Notes: a model not told the origin generated them from the sequence alone. A stretch of 64,000 nucleotides of DNA from a virus (IMGVR_UViG_3300022555_000004), one strand, 5' to 3'; counted from the first letter of the stretch, positions 1 to 9,113 are shown. Numbers and translations are program-made.

Positions 1-2
1 AT

Positions 3-80
3 GAAACAGAAAAACTAAGATATGACTTTTTATTAGAACAAAATTTAAGAAATCATGAAAACCAGACTATGCCTACATAA
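3..80 (+). CDS. 3' end of a gene running in from the left edge (partial)
   Basis: Open frame ETEKLRYDFLLEQNLRNHENQTMPT* from the window edge. Confidence 0.5.
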   Translation, partial: ETEKLRYDFLLEQNLRNHENQTMPT

Positions 81-220
81 GAATGTATCATGTCCATATC
101 AGGGACATGATATAAAAACGTGTCCAAATTATATCAAAATATGGACACGATAATAAAGCTTGACTTTTATTGAAAAAGGGTATATACTATAAGGGTATTT
201 TGGGAGGGTGGGATCAGCAA

Positions 221-434
221 AACACATTTTCGTGATGCTATGCCACCGGAGCAAAAAGCGAACACATTTTCGTGATGCTATGCCACCGGGCGCAAAAAGC
301 GAACACATTTTCGTGATGCTATGCCACCGGGCGCAAAAAGCGAACACATTTTCGTGATGCTATGCCACCGGGCGCAAAAAGCGAACACATTTTCGTGATG
401 CTATGCCACCGGGCGCAAAAAGCGAACACATTTT
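221..434. repeat. Tandem repeat, 5 copies plus a partial copy of a 41-bp unit
   Basis: AACACATTTTCGTGATGCTATGCCACCGGGCGCAAAAAGCG at 261, 302, 343, 384; 40-bp variant at 221; partial at 425; no spacers. Confidence 0.97.
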
Positions 435-464
435 TTAGCCGAACATATATGCGGACAAAATGTC

Positions 465-1062
465 CTATATCTTGATATTATTGAAATTGATGATTTCACC
501 ATTACTGATGATGCACTCAATATATCGTCTGGCGGTTTCCTCGCCTCTATCTCTCAATAGGCGAGATACGTGTAATGGTAATTCTATCATATAGCCAGAC
601 CCACAATTAGTCATATTCACCGAATGTTCTTTGAAGATTTTATCAACCAAATCGTATGCTTCTTTTGATGGATATGAATACCCACTATGTTCTCTCAATA
701 TGCGTTTATTACAGATTTTACACTTACTGACCGTGTATTGTGATCCACTAAATTCATCTGTTTCGACCTTATAGGTTATGGTTGGTTCAAAGACATGAAT
801 ACAATCAATATGCTTACACTTTTTACAATATCTAATGCCACCGTAGCCGGTGCCCCCATTCAGGGTTGAAATGTTCTTGTGCCGGTGATTCAAAATCAAT
901 CGAATAGAACGACCCTTTTTCATTACACTTACTTGTCCAACATAATGACGCATTGATGTAATCATGCTTGAAGCAAAATTTTCTATCATTGATGTTCATT
1001 AGCAATGCTTTCGATTTTTCATCATAGTAGTTTTTGATACTATCGGTTATTTTGATTTCCAT
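465..1062 (-). pseudogene. Cys-rich hypothetical protein split by a 1-nt frameshift (probably one gene)
   Basis: ORFs 832-1062 and 465-989 join (EWGTGYGGIRYCKKC) if one G is removed from the G5 run at 853-857. Confidence 0.6.
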
Positions 1063-1127
1063 AAATTCTCCAATTTTTAGATTTTGATGCTCGCCGCCCG
1101 GAGCTCAAATGTCACTTTTATAAAATT

Positions 1128-1672
1128 TCAGTTGGTAAGGATTCCTTACATACTGACCAAGACGCAATAGCCATAGGGTGCCTAGGCGGGTTATGTAAAA
1201 GAGGGTATTACAGAGGGGATCGAGACCCTCATTTCCCCACAAATATGATGAGCAGGGATCTTCTATTAGATGATCCTGATATTCACATTCATTAGATATA
1301 AGAAAAAAGAGGAACGTATGTAAGGTCGCGGCCCGTGTATCCAACCTTCGGCTAATCTGGGCAGGGCTTACTTCATATCCCTCTTTTTGTATTTTCTACT
1401 TGTGTGAACACCCAAGGGCTCTAACACAAGTAATGTTTGGTTTGGTCAATGGAGTCGAACCATACCTTATACGTCACAGTATTCAAATCTTGCCCGATCG
1501 AGAGAAAATTTGATACCCTTGCAAGTTGTATAAGTCGCCGGATACCACATGTTTCATTATACGGTGGGTGTTTACACCACTTAGTGTTATTTCTTAACAA
1601 ACCGTATTTCGTGTAGGTGATAAGGGGTATCAAATTTAACCACTTGATTTGTTGATGTTCCCCTCACTCATT
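1128..1672 (-). ncRNA. Candidate large structured ncRNA or cluster of small RNAs
   Basis: GC-richer non-coding stretch below a perfect sigma70 promoter; long stems 1506-1520/1622-1637, 1304-1388, 1398-1431; T-loop-like hairpin ATGG-TTCGACT-CCAT near 1450. Confidence 0.55.
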
Positions 1673-1678
1673 AAATAC

Positions 1679-1707
1679 ATTATACCTCATTTTATTCATT
1701 TTGTCAA
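1679..1707 (-). promoter_or_regulatory. Sigma70-type early promoter
   Basis: TTGACA-17-TATAAT exact consensus. Confidence 0.85.
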
Positions 1708-2019
1708 GAAGTATTTTACGCAATAAAAAAGAGTGCCTTCTGACCAGCACTCTTTTCTACTCAACGAATAAATTTATCTTTTATTTTGAAGATGGTCGGT
1801 GTATTAATTATACGACTATGGGGGTGCTATATGTATTGACGAGATACCATTCACCCACTTATAGGTTGGATTACGTCATTTACCAACAGCACCGACACCA
1901 CTTCATTTGAACGAAAGAAACAATGAGGATGTAACCCCATATTGTCGGCTTGTAGGCCGCAGTTTTCCATCTTAAACTACATTTCCTTCATCCGTATCCA
2001 AACTGTTTTGTATATTAAT

Positions 2020-2532
2020 CTATAGACCTAAATCAGCCAAAGCATGATTCAAACCAGCATTTTTGATATGTAGTAACAAAAATTCATTTATAGTAGGTAC
2101 TATAGGCTTATGTTTAGGAAACATTTTAGCTTCAGCACAAGACTTGTTATCCTTTTTGTTGTTACATGGGATACATGCCATCACGCAGTTATCGAAAGAT
2201 GACATACCACCTTTTGATCTGGGCACGATATGGTCAATAGAGCTATCTTGTTTGATTTCTTTACCACAATATTGACAGGTAAAGTTATCCCTTATAAGCA
2301 AGTTACGTTTACTGAACGGAACCTTCTTGCGCCATATAGAACGCACGTATTTCAGCAATCTAATAACTTCTGGAACAAACAATTCGATTGTTTGTTCAAA
2401 GTTACGGATAATTTGTTTAGTTGCCTTGATGACTTCGATTTTACCTTTTGACCATAATTTTAGGGCCTTATGTAATGTGATTAGACCTAATGGACTGTAA
2501 TCAGCATTTATTAATAACACTTGTGATTTCAT
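2020..2532 (-). CDS. HNH endonuclease (McrA-like)
   Basis: CQYCG...SIDHIVPRSKGG...NCVMACIPCNNKK motif. Confidence 0.9.
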   Translation of the reverse strand: MKSQVLLINADYSPLGLITLHKALKLWSKGKIEVIKATKQIIRNFEQTIELFVPEVIRLLKYVRSIWRKKVPFSKRNLLIRDNFTCQYCGKEIKQDSSIDHIVPRSKGGMSSFDNCVMACIPCNNKKDNKSCAEAKMFPKHKPIVPTINEFLLLHIKNAGLNHALADLGL

Positions 2533-2547
2533 ATATAAACCTCTTTT

Positions 2548-2823
2548 CTAGTAAATGACTTTTTCTGCTCCTCTGATTAATTTATCCCCTTTAACACCAT
2601 CTTTCAATAAGGAATTATCCTCTTTGATTTGTTTTAAGAAGATGTCATATTCCTTTAGTATATCGTTTTTTGATACTTGTTTTCCATCACCGTATTTCAG
2701 GATTTTGATATTGTCTATACAGAAGATACATAGGGAACCGTTTAATGGTTCATTTGTTTTAGGGTTCTCTGTATGAACGAATCCCGGCGGTAAGAATTTT
2801 CTACATTTTTGACACATTGGCAT
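2548..2823 (-). CDS. Hypothetical protein with two CxxC motifs
   Basis: CQKC and CIFC; RBS present; co-oriented with neighbours. Confidence 0.7.
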   Translation of the reverse strand: MPMCQKCRKFLPPGFVHTENPKTNEPLNGSLCIFCIDNIKILKYGDGKQVSKNDILKEYDIFLKQIKEDNSLLKDGVKGDKLIRGAEKVIY

Positions 2824-2878
2824 TTGAGTATTGCTCCTTACTTTTTATTTTATATTACATATATGGTTATAAGTCAAG

Positions 2879-4195
2879 TTATTTCTTTTTACTTACAGGA
2901 AGCGTTTTAATTTTAGACCAATCCCATACTATATCCGTTTCTTTTACATCTAACATGGCACACATTCGTAAAAATCCTTTTCGACCATGTTCTGTATCTA
3001 TGTCAGCATCAACTGCCTCTTTGTATATTTTTAGAGCATTCCATGATGACCATAGAGCTTTCCATTCTTTTTGTATATCATCATAACCCCATACATCATG
3101 ATCCCACATTTTCTCTGTCCATATTTCTGTCATACGGACAACAACTGTGAATAATTCGATTTTATTCATCAATCTGGCCATTTTATGTTCATATTCTTTT
3201 TTCTTATATGTCGGATCACATGCTAGTGATAAGTCGAATACATAGTGTGCCATAATGGATTTGATACGATCCCATTTTCTATGATAATTTTCAGCACCTA
3301 TATACCTAAACTCAATATATTCATTGGCAGAATTTAGGTGTTCTATGTTGATCGCCATATAGTGGTCAGCGGGATATTCTTTTTTCAATCCGGTCACATC
3401 AATCAATTTTGTGGCTAATTTTGGGGCATTTAATCTTATCAAGGAACGATTAACTGTATCATGTGCTGACCTAGCATATGTATTAAATTCTCTTGCTGCA
3501 AAAAAATTATAGATATACCCTTCATCCATGAATAGAGATAACTTAGTAATATCAATTGCTTCACCGAGATTAGGAACATTTTTCAATGACATACTGATAT
3601 GGAAGCCACATGCATCGTCTATCTCGGCAGCAGGGCCCATGTTGTTTATATACTCAAACACTTTTGGGCAAATTTCCAAAAATTCTTTTAGGGGCAGGAT
3701 AGGTGACACAATTTCCAGACCGTGCAATCCTAGTGACCCATCGGGTTTGATGACCCATTTTTTAGCCGACTTAACATTATGGTCATGTGTAATAATCATG
3801 TTTTTGAACGGTAGTGTTTCTAAGTTCAAAAAGTCTTTTATCAATTTTCTGAATAGTTGATCCTTGTCTATTTTGAGATTAGGATATACTTCATCAGGTG
3901 GTGGTATTTCATCACCTATTTCATATCCTGCTTCAACTGCCCATTCAGGTAAATTTGGTAAAGGTTCTGTATTATTATCTATTGATGTCCATGCTTCTAG
4001 TTTATCATCATATTCTTCTTGTTCGATTGCCATGTCCTGCATTTTATCAAACATATCAACTTGCTTTTCATACTTGTCTATGAACGGCGGCACTTTAAAT
4101 TCAAATTCAGCACCGACATATACGTTTGGATTAGTCAGGGCTTGACTTATATCTTGCTTAGATACTTTTTCTAATAGAAGTTCTCTTAATGTCAT
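2879..4195 (-). CDS. Putative amidoligase (COOH-NH2 ligase type 2 family)
   Basis: VGAEFEF, IKPDGSL, GLEIVSP, CGFHIS, HYMAIN and IEFR motifs. Confidence 0.8.
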   Translation of the reverse strand: MTLRELLLEKVSKQDISQALTNPNVYVGAEFEFKVPPFIDKYEKQVDMFDKMQDMAIEQEEYDDKLEAWTSIDNNTEPLPNLPEWAVEAGYEIGDEIPPPDEVYPNLKIDKDQLFRKLIKDFLNLETLPFKNMIITHDHNVKSAKKWVIKPDGSLGLHGLEIVSPILPLKEFLEICPKVFEYINNMGPAAEIDDACGFHISMSLKNVPNLGEAIDITKLSLFMDEGYIYNFFAAREFNTYARSAHDTVNRSLIRLNAPKLATKLIDVTGLKKEYPADHYMAINIEHLNSANEYIEFRYIGAENYHRKWDRIKSIMAHYVFDLSLACDPTYKKKEYEHKMARLMNKIELFTVVVRMTEIWTEKMWDHDVWGYDDIQKEWKALWSSWNALKIYKEAVDADIDTEHGRKGFLRMCAMLDVKETDIVWDWSKIKTLPVSKKK

Positions 4196-4265
4196 TTGTT
4201 ATACCTCTTGTTATTTTAATATTCTTATTTATGTCTTTACAATAGCTTTATGTTTTTCTAAATAA

Positions 4266-4342
4266 TAGAAGGTAATCCAGATGTGTGGACATACTGGAAA
4301 CAGCGGAGCGAACAGCTGCTGTCCCTTCTCATTCTATTTATA
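4266..4342 (-). ncRNA. Three-way-junction element A with TATAAATA late promoter (4335-4342), antisense to the adjacent GIY-YIG gene
   Basis: P1 AGAAGG/CCUUCU, P2 GACAGC/GCUGUU, P3 UCCAG/CUGGA; same fold as 9034-9113. Confidence 0.65.
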
Positions 4343-4356
4343 AGGAGCGACTGTCT

Positions 4357-5053
4357 ATGTCAAACAAAATTTTTGGTGTAATCTATAAAGCAACTAATCT
4401 TATTAATGGTAAATGTTATATTGGACAAACAATACGATTTAAAAAACGAAAATATGACCATATATTCTGGTCTATAAATGAACTAGATAATTTCTATTTT
4501 CATAATTCCATAAGAAAGCACGGCGTTGGTAATTTCAGTTGGGAAATTATTTATGAATGTGATGATAAATTGTTACTAAATGTAATGGAAACATTTAAAA
4601 TTATGACACATCATAGCCATGTTAGTGAAGGCAAAGGATATAATCTAACTTGGGGCGGTGATGTTATATATGGCAGACCTTGTTCAGAAGAAACTAAGGA
4701 AAAAATAAGGCAAACACAATTAGGTAAACATATTACTGATGAAACACGAATAAAAAATGTGTATTGCTCAACAAAACAGGCCCACAATATCAGAAGAAAC
4801 AAGAATAAAGAAGAAAACGTTTCGTCATTCAATTGACACTAAAACAAAAATGCGTGAAAATACAATAGGTTCTCTTAATGGGTTTTATGGTAAAAAACAC
4901 ACAGATGAAACTAAAGCAAAATGGAAAAATAGACCTGTTTGGAATAAGGGCATACCAAGATCAGAAGAAACAAAACAAAAAATACGTGAAACTAAGTTAC
5001 GAAACAAACGTTTTAACCTTCAATGTACTCTGGATGAACAAGTTGTTTTATAA
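4357..5053 (+). mobile_element. GIY-YIG homing endonuclease with NUMOD3 repeats, frameshifted at A6 run 4752-4757
   Basis: GVIY...CYIGQT, GYNLTWGGD, SEETK..I repeats; ORFs 4285-4836 and 4757-5053 join with one A removed; opposite strand to flanking genes. Confidence 0.85.
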
Positions 5054-5534
5054 TAGTATTGCAAAACAGATCCCATTCCGGTAATTTATGTCCAAGTCTT
5101 TGTTTGTATATGTTACGCAATGTCTTATAACTATAACAACAAATTCGTGTTTGTATAAAACTACTAGGCAACAATCTTCGTAGACCTATAAAATCTTTAC
5201 TTAATCTACATTTTTCCAGTTCATCTAATATAATATTAGGGATAGGAACTTCAAACATATCTTGTGATATTTGTTTTTTCATTAGAGTATGCATTGTTGA
5301 TGTTGATTGTTTAGTACCTATTCGATATGTATCTAATTGATTATACCAATATAGAGGCGCATCAATTTTTAACCATACCATTATGCTCTCCAAGAATTTA
5401 TTATGTCCACCATCTTTATTGTATAATGTTTGTGATACTTTTTGTAATTGGTCTTTATCGGTTATATTATAGGATAGGCCAAGACCTAATAGAGCTTCAT
5501 TATAACCAGATTCGTTTAAAATTGAAATTTTCAT
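5013..5534 (-). CDS. thyX: ThyX-like flavin-dependent thymidylate synthase (divergent)
   Basis: GHNKFLESI, PLYWYNQLDTYR..QSTSTMH, SYKTLRNIYKQR.GHKLPEW pattern; canonical RHR motif altered. Confidence 0.65.
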   Translation of the reverse strand: MKISILNESGYNEALLGLGLSYNITDKDQLQKVSQTLYNKDGGHNKFLESIMVWLKIDAPLYWYNQLDTYRIGTKQSTSTMHTLMKKQISQDMFEVPIPNIILDELEKCRLSKDFIGLRRLLPSSFIQTRICCYSYKTLRNIYKQRLGHKLPEWDLFCNTIIKQLVHPEYIEG

Positions 5535-5537
5535 AAA

Positions 5538-5756
5538 TTATCTAATCCTTTCTTTTAAATCATACACACTTTTATTATATACAAGGCCGCCTAACAGGAT
5601 AGCGTCATTCATTTGTGATTTTTGATACCAACTCATTAATGACCCACCTATAAAAATTCCTATCAGGATAATGAAAAAGAACCAAAATCCTGCTTTGTGA
5701 AACATGTTGACCGTCTTCGTATACACATCTTTGATATCTTGCTTAAAATCTTTCAT
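5538..5756 (-). CDS. Hypothetical membrane protein
   Basis: One hydrophobic segment; in operon context. Confidence 0.65.
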   Translation of the reverse strand: MKDFKQDIKDVYTKTVNMFHKAGFWFFFIILIGIFIGGSLMSWYQKSQMNDAILLGGLVYNKSVYDLKERIR

Positions 5757-5768
5757 TTTCTTATTCTC

Positions 5769-6281
5769 CTATACAACAGTTTTTAATTTATGGTATAATG
5801 CAAACACTTTTTTAACTTGATCTCGTCCTCGATCTGAATCTAGTGGATATCCTTTATATAACATCAATGCTTTTATCATATCACCTTTAGCATAATCAAT
5901 TTTTTCTCGTAGGATGCGTGTGCCAATAAGGATATTGGCATCTGATTGATATACAGCGTGTGGAATTTGCATCAGACCTTTATAACCAGCACTTGAAACA
6001 GCATTTTGTTTAAACTGTGATTCCGTCCACGTCAAGGCTATGATTAGGTCAACCGAGATATTGTTTTGTTCGGATGCAAAACCTATAGCGTTGATTAGTT
6101 TTGGGTTACTAGATACACCGATATGGTTCAATTTTCGTTTTATTGGACTTTCGGTTGCAATAGATGCAGTGATAGATACAGGAACAAACGATTTTGCTTC
6201 TGTATGGTATTGATAAAATATTGTAGCCACAAGACACAAAATAATCAATGATTGTGTAAATTTTTTGATTATTATATTCAT
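5769..6281 (-). CDS. Lytic transglycosylase (SLT domain) with N-terminal anchor
   Basis: TESQF, GLMQI, ANILIG..IL motifs; start taken at MNIIIK with RBS. Confidence 0.88.
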   Translation of the reverse strand: MNIIIKKFTQSLIILCLVATIFYQYHTEAKSFVPVSITASIATESPIKRKLNHIGVSSNPKLINAIGFASEQNNISVDLIIALTWTESQFKQNAVSSAGYKGLMQIPHAVYQSDANILIGTRILREKIDYAKGDMIKALMLYKGYPLDSDRGRDQVKKVFALYHKLKTVV

Positions 6282-6315
6282 GGTTATATACCTCCTATGT
6301 AGTGCGCATAGAAAA

Positions 6316-6522
6316 TTAACGCACCAAGCTAGTGAAGAAATATCCCTGATGTTTGCCAAAGGCTTTCGATAACGTCATTAGTTGCCTCACATCTGGAAAA
6401 AGAGCTCCTGTTTCAATATTATTGATAACTTCTTCACTTAGTCCCGATTTTTGAGATAACATAAGAACAGACAAATTAACCTTCATCCGTTCCTGTTTTA
6501 TTTGTTCCCCAAAATAATTCAC
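6316..6522 (-). CDS. XRE-family helix-turn-helix protein
   Basis: FGEQIKQER...LSQKSGLS...IETG pattern. Confidence 0.85.
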   Translation of the reverse strand: MNYFGEQIKQERMKVNLSVLMLSQKSGLSEEVINNIETGALFPDVRQLMTLSKAFGKHQGYFFTSLVR

Positions 6523-6544
6523 TTTTGTTTTTATATCCTCCTGA

Positions 6545-6730
6545 TTATTTTACTTTTTCATTGACATATTTCCATACATCATCGCCATATACAGCGCGTA
6601 TAACATCTTCAAATATATAATGTTCAGTATCTTCACTGACATATCCTTCTTCTACTTGATCCATATAATTTTCAACACTATCAATAATAATGGCCAAGTC
6701 AATATTTTCTTTAATTTTTGGTCTGTTCAT
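6545..6730 (-). CDS. Hypothetical protein
   Basis: RBS; co-oriented. Confidence 0.7.
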   Translation of the reverse strand: MNRPKIKENIDLAIIIDSVENYMDQVEEGYVSEDTEHYIFEDVIRAVYGDDVWKYVNEKVK

Positions 6731-6920
6731 TTTCAGTTCCTTTCTTTCCCCATGTTTTGTCTATATCTTTGATAGCTTCTTTGAGTTGTTTTAATACTTC
6801 ATTCCTGTCCCGCGTATCAATCATAACAATCTCAATGAATGAATCAGAATTATCATCATCCATTGTTATAGACCAATTAAACTTACCACTGCCACCGGAT
6901 CTCCCAAATGTTAGTCCCAT
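6711..6920 (-). CDS. Hypothetical protein
   Basis: Start taken at MGLTFG; overlaps next gene. Confidence 0.6.
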   Translation of the reverse strand: MGLTFGRSGGSGKFNWSITMDDDNSDSFIEIVMIDTRDRNEVLKQLKEAIKDIDKTWGKKGTENEQTKN

Positions 6921-7250
6921 ATTATATCCTATCCCAATTATCAATTGTGATTTTATTTCTTTTAGTGCGAATACGGTCTTTCAACGATTTATGGGTAACT
7001 CCCGCCGGCGCCATTGGTATCCTACGTTTAGCGGTGTTAGCATAAACCAAGACTTCTTTATTCCCAATCATTTCTTTCCTCAATAATTTCTTTTTCATCG
7101 CTCTTCATCTTTCCAAGATCTTTTATTTTCCATCTTTTAGCCCACCCCATCTTATGAGGTTTACACATGGCACAAGACCTCTTTTTTACTTTATATACTT
7201 TTCTCATTTTTATCCCTTATTATAACACAATTTTCATATATTGTCAATGT

Positions 7251-7532
7251 TTATAATTCAAACAATTCATCGTCTAGTGTAAAGCAATCAACTTCATACG
7301 GTATAACATGTGATTTATTGACCAACCATTTTTTTAGATTATCTGGATATAAGATACTATAATTAACTTCGGTTATCCTATAATCAATAATAAAATATGG
7401 AACATCAAATTTATTATTATATGCTTGTTCTCCACGGTCAAAACTAATACTAACCCAATGCCCTTTATGATAGTCAGGGTCATTTTTAAGTAGTTTTAAT
7501 ATTTCTGGTTTAAATTTTACTTTCTTATTCAT
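7251..7532 (-). CDS. LDDELFEL-tag family protein, subtype A
   Basis: KVKFKPE N-terminus; ends FTLDDELFEL*; paralog of 7764-8060. Confidence 0.8.
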   Translation of the reverse strand: MNKKVKFKPEILKLLKNDPDYHKGHWVSISFDRGEQAYNNKFDVPYFIIDYRITEVNYSILYPDNLKKWLVNKSHVIPYEVDCFTLDDELFEL

Positions 7533-7542
7533 TTATTCATCC

Positions 7543-7767
7543 TTATAATTCAAACAATCCATCATCTAATGTAATTTCATATTCCTGTATCTCAATCAAA
7601 TCGTTTACAAGTGAATATGAACACAAACTGATTTGTCCATTTTCATCTATCAGACGGCGGCGAGTATTGTTAGTTGGGTCAATATAAACATATGGTAGTG
7701 TACTAAAATGTACGCAATCTGGACATCCACAATATATTTCCTTTTTTAGTTTATATTTTTTCCTCAT
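7543..7767 (-). CDS. LDDELFEL-tag family protein, subtype B (CxCPxC)
   Basis: Ends EITLDDGLFEL*; paralog of 8064-8303. Confidence 0.8.
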   Translation of the reverse strand: MRKKYKLKKEIYCGCPDCVHFSTLPYVYIDPTNNTRRRLIDENGQISLCSYSLVNDLIEIQEYEITLDDGLFEL

Positions 7768-8060
7768 AATTCAAACAATTCATCGTCTAATGTAATTTCA
7801 TATTCGTTGTATGGCATAACATGTGCTTTGCTTATGGCATATGTTGATAATCCTCTTGGTTCTACAATTCTATAACTTGACTCTGAACTAAATCCGGTTA
7901 CTATAAAAAATGGAACATCAAATCTATGGTCATATGATTGATATCCATACGATATGTTTGAATCTTTTATCCTAACAAACGACCCACTTTTAAAGTCTGG
8001 ATTGCTTCTAAGTTGTTTCAATACTTCTGGTTTAAATTTTACTTTTAACGTCATACACAT
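7764..8060 (-). CDS. LDDELFEL-tag family protein, subtype A
   Basis: Ends EITLDDELFEL*. Confidence 0.8.
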   Translation of the reverse strand: MCMTLKVKFKPEVLKQLRSNPDFKSGSFVRIKDSNISYGYQSYDHRFDVPFFIVTGFSSESSYRIVEPRGLSTYAISKAHVMPYNEYEITLDDELFEL

Positions 8061-8063
8061 TCC

Positions 8064-8303
8064 TTATAATTCAAACAATTTATCATCTAATGATATCACA
8101 AAAGGAAAAACCTCTACGAATGGATTGTCATCTGGCTTATATGTTACCATACTTAGACGGCCTTTTGTGTCACTTATTTTTACCTGACCATAGCCAAATT
8201 TATCATCTTTTATTATTATAAAATATGTCAATGATTTGAAATATTGACACTCTGGACAATTACAATCCATACAATCTTCTTTAAATTTATAATATCGTTC
8301 CAT
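8064..8303 (-). CDS. LDDELFEL-tag family protein, subtype B (CxCPxC)
   Basis: Ends ISLDDKLFEL*. Confidence 0.8.
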   Translation of the reverse strand: MERYYKFKEDCMDCNCPECQYFKSLTYFIIIKDDKFGYGQVKISDTKGRLSMVTYKPDDNPFVEVFPFVISLDDKLFEL

Positions 8304-9019
8304 TATTTTATCATTTCCATCAATGTATCAAAGTCAATAATGGTTACGCGCGACCTTTTCATTGATTCACTTATTTTTCTTTTATGTTCATCTGACATAG
8401 GGCCTCTTTTCATTCCTGTTCTACTTTTACTCATTTTTTCCTTTGTTTCTTTGGTCATTGGATGTTTATTTTTTGCTGATATTGACATTTTTTCTCTGGT
8501 TGTCAACGAAAATGTTTTATTGATAGCCGATTTACTCATTTTCTTTTTTGTTTCATCTGATTTTTTTCTGCCTAAAAGTGATATACTTATTTTTTTTCTT
8601 ACGTCCGATGGTATAGTTTTTCCAAACATGTAACTCAATTCACCAGTATATTTTCCTATCATTGATAATGACCGTTTTTCAATAATTTCTTTTGAAAATT
8701 TATATCCTTTAGGTATGCCATCTCCACCCCATGTAAGATTATACCCACCTTCTGTCCAATGAGAATGGTTTACAATAATTTTCATGGTTTCCATGACACC
8801 TAAAACTAAGGCATCATCACATTCATATAATATTTCCCATTTGAAATTACCAAGACCATACTTTTTAATAGCACGATGAAAATATGTATTGCTTTTACTT
8901 TCAACACTATCTTTATGCCCTTGTCTTCTTTTATGTAATGATTGTGTTGTTTTGCCAACATAACATTTACCGTTGATTAAATTTGTTGATTTATAAATAA
9001 TACACAATTGTTCTGACAT
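8303..9019 (-). mobile_element. GIY-YIG homing endonuclease with NUMOD3 repeats
   Basis: CIIY...CYVGKT, GYNLTWGGDG, SDETKKKMS repeats; start MSEQL with RBS. Confidence 0.9.
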
Positions 9020-9033
9020 AAGATATACCTCAC

Positions 9034-9113
9034 TATAAATAAGATGTGGAAGGGACAGCAGCAAACCTCACGCTGTTTTCGGTGTGTTGACGCACCCGAA
9101 TTACCTTCTACAT
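9034..9113 (+). ncRNA. Three-way-junction element B with TATAAATA late promoter (9034-9041), antisense to the adjacent GIY-YIG gene
   Basis: P1 AUGUGGAAGG/CCUUCUACAU, P2 GACAGC/GCUGUU, P3 UUCGG/CCGAA; covaries with element A. Confidence 0.65.

Noticed and set aside
129-347. 72-aa ORF
   Set aside because: It only translates the tandem repeat; no RBS or gene context.
221-434. CRISPR array
   Set aside because: Units are contiguous and near-identical with no unique spacers; no cas genes in the window.
1128-1672. tmRNA (one- or two-piece)
   Set aside because: The GGGG segment near 1238 does not pair with the ACCA hairpin, there is no G3:U70-type acceptor, and no convincing tag ORF.
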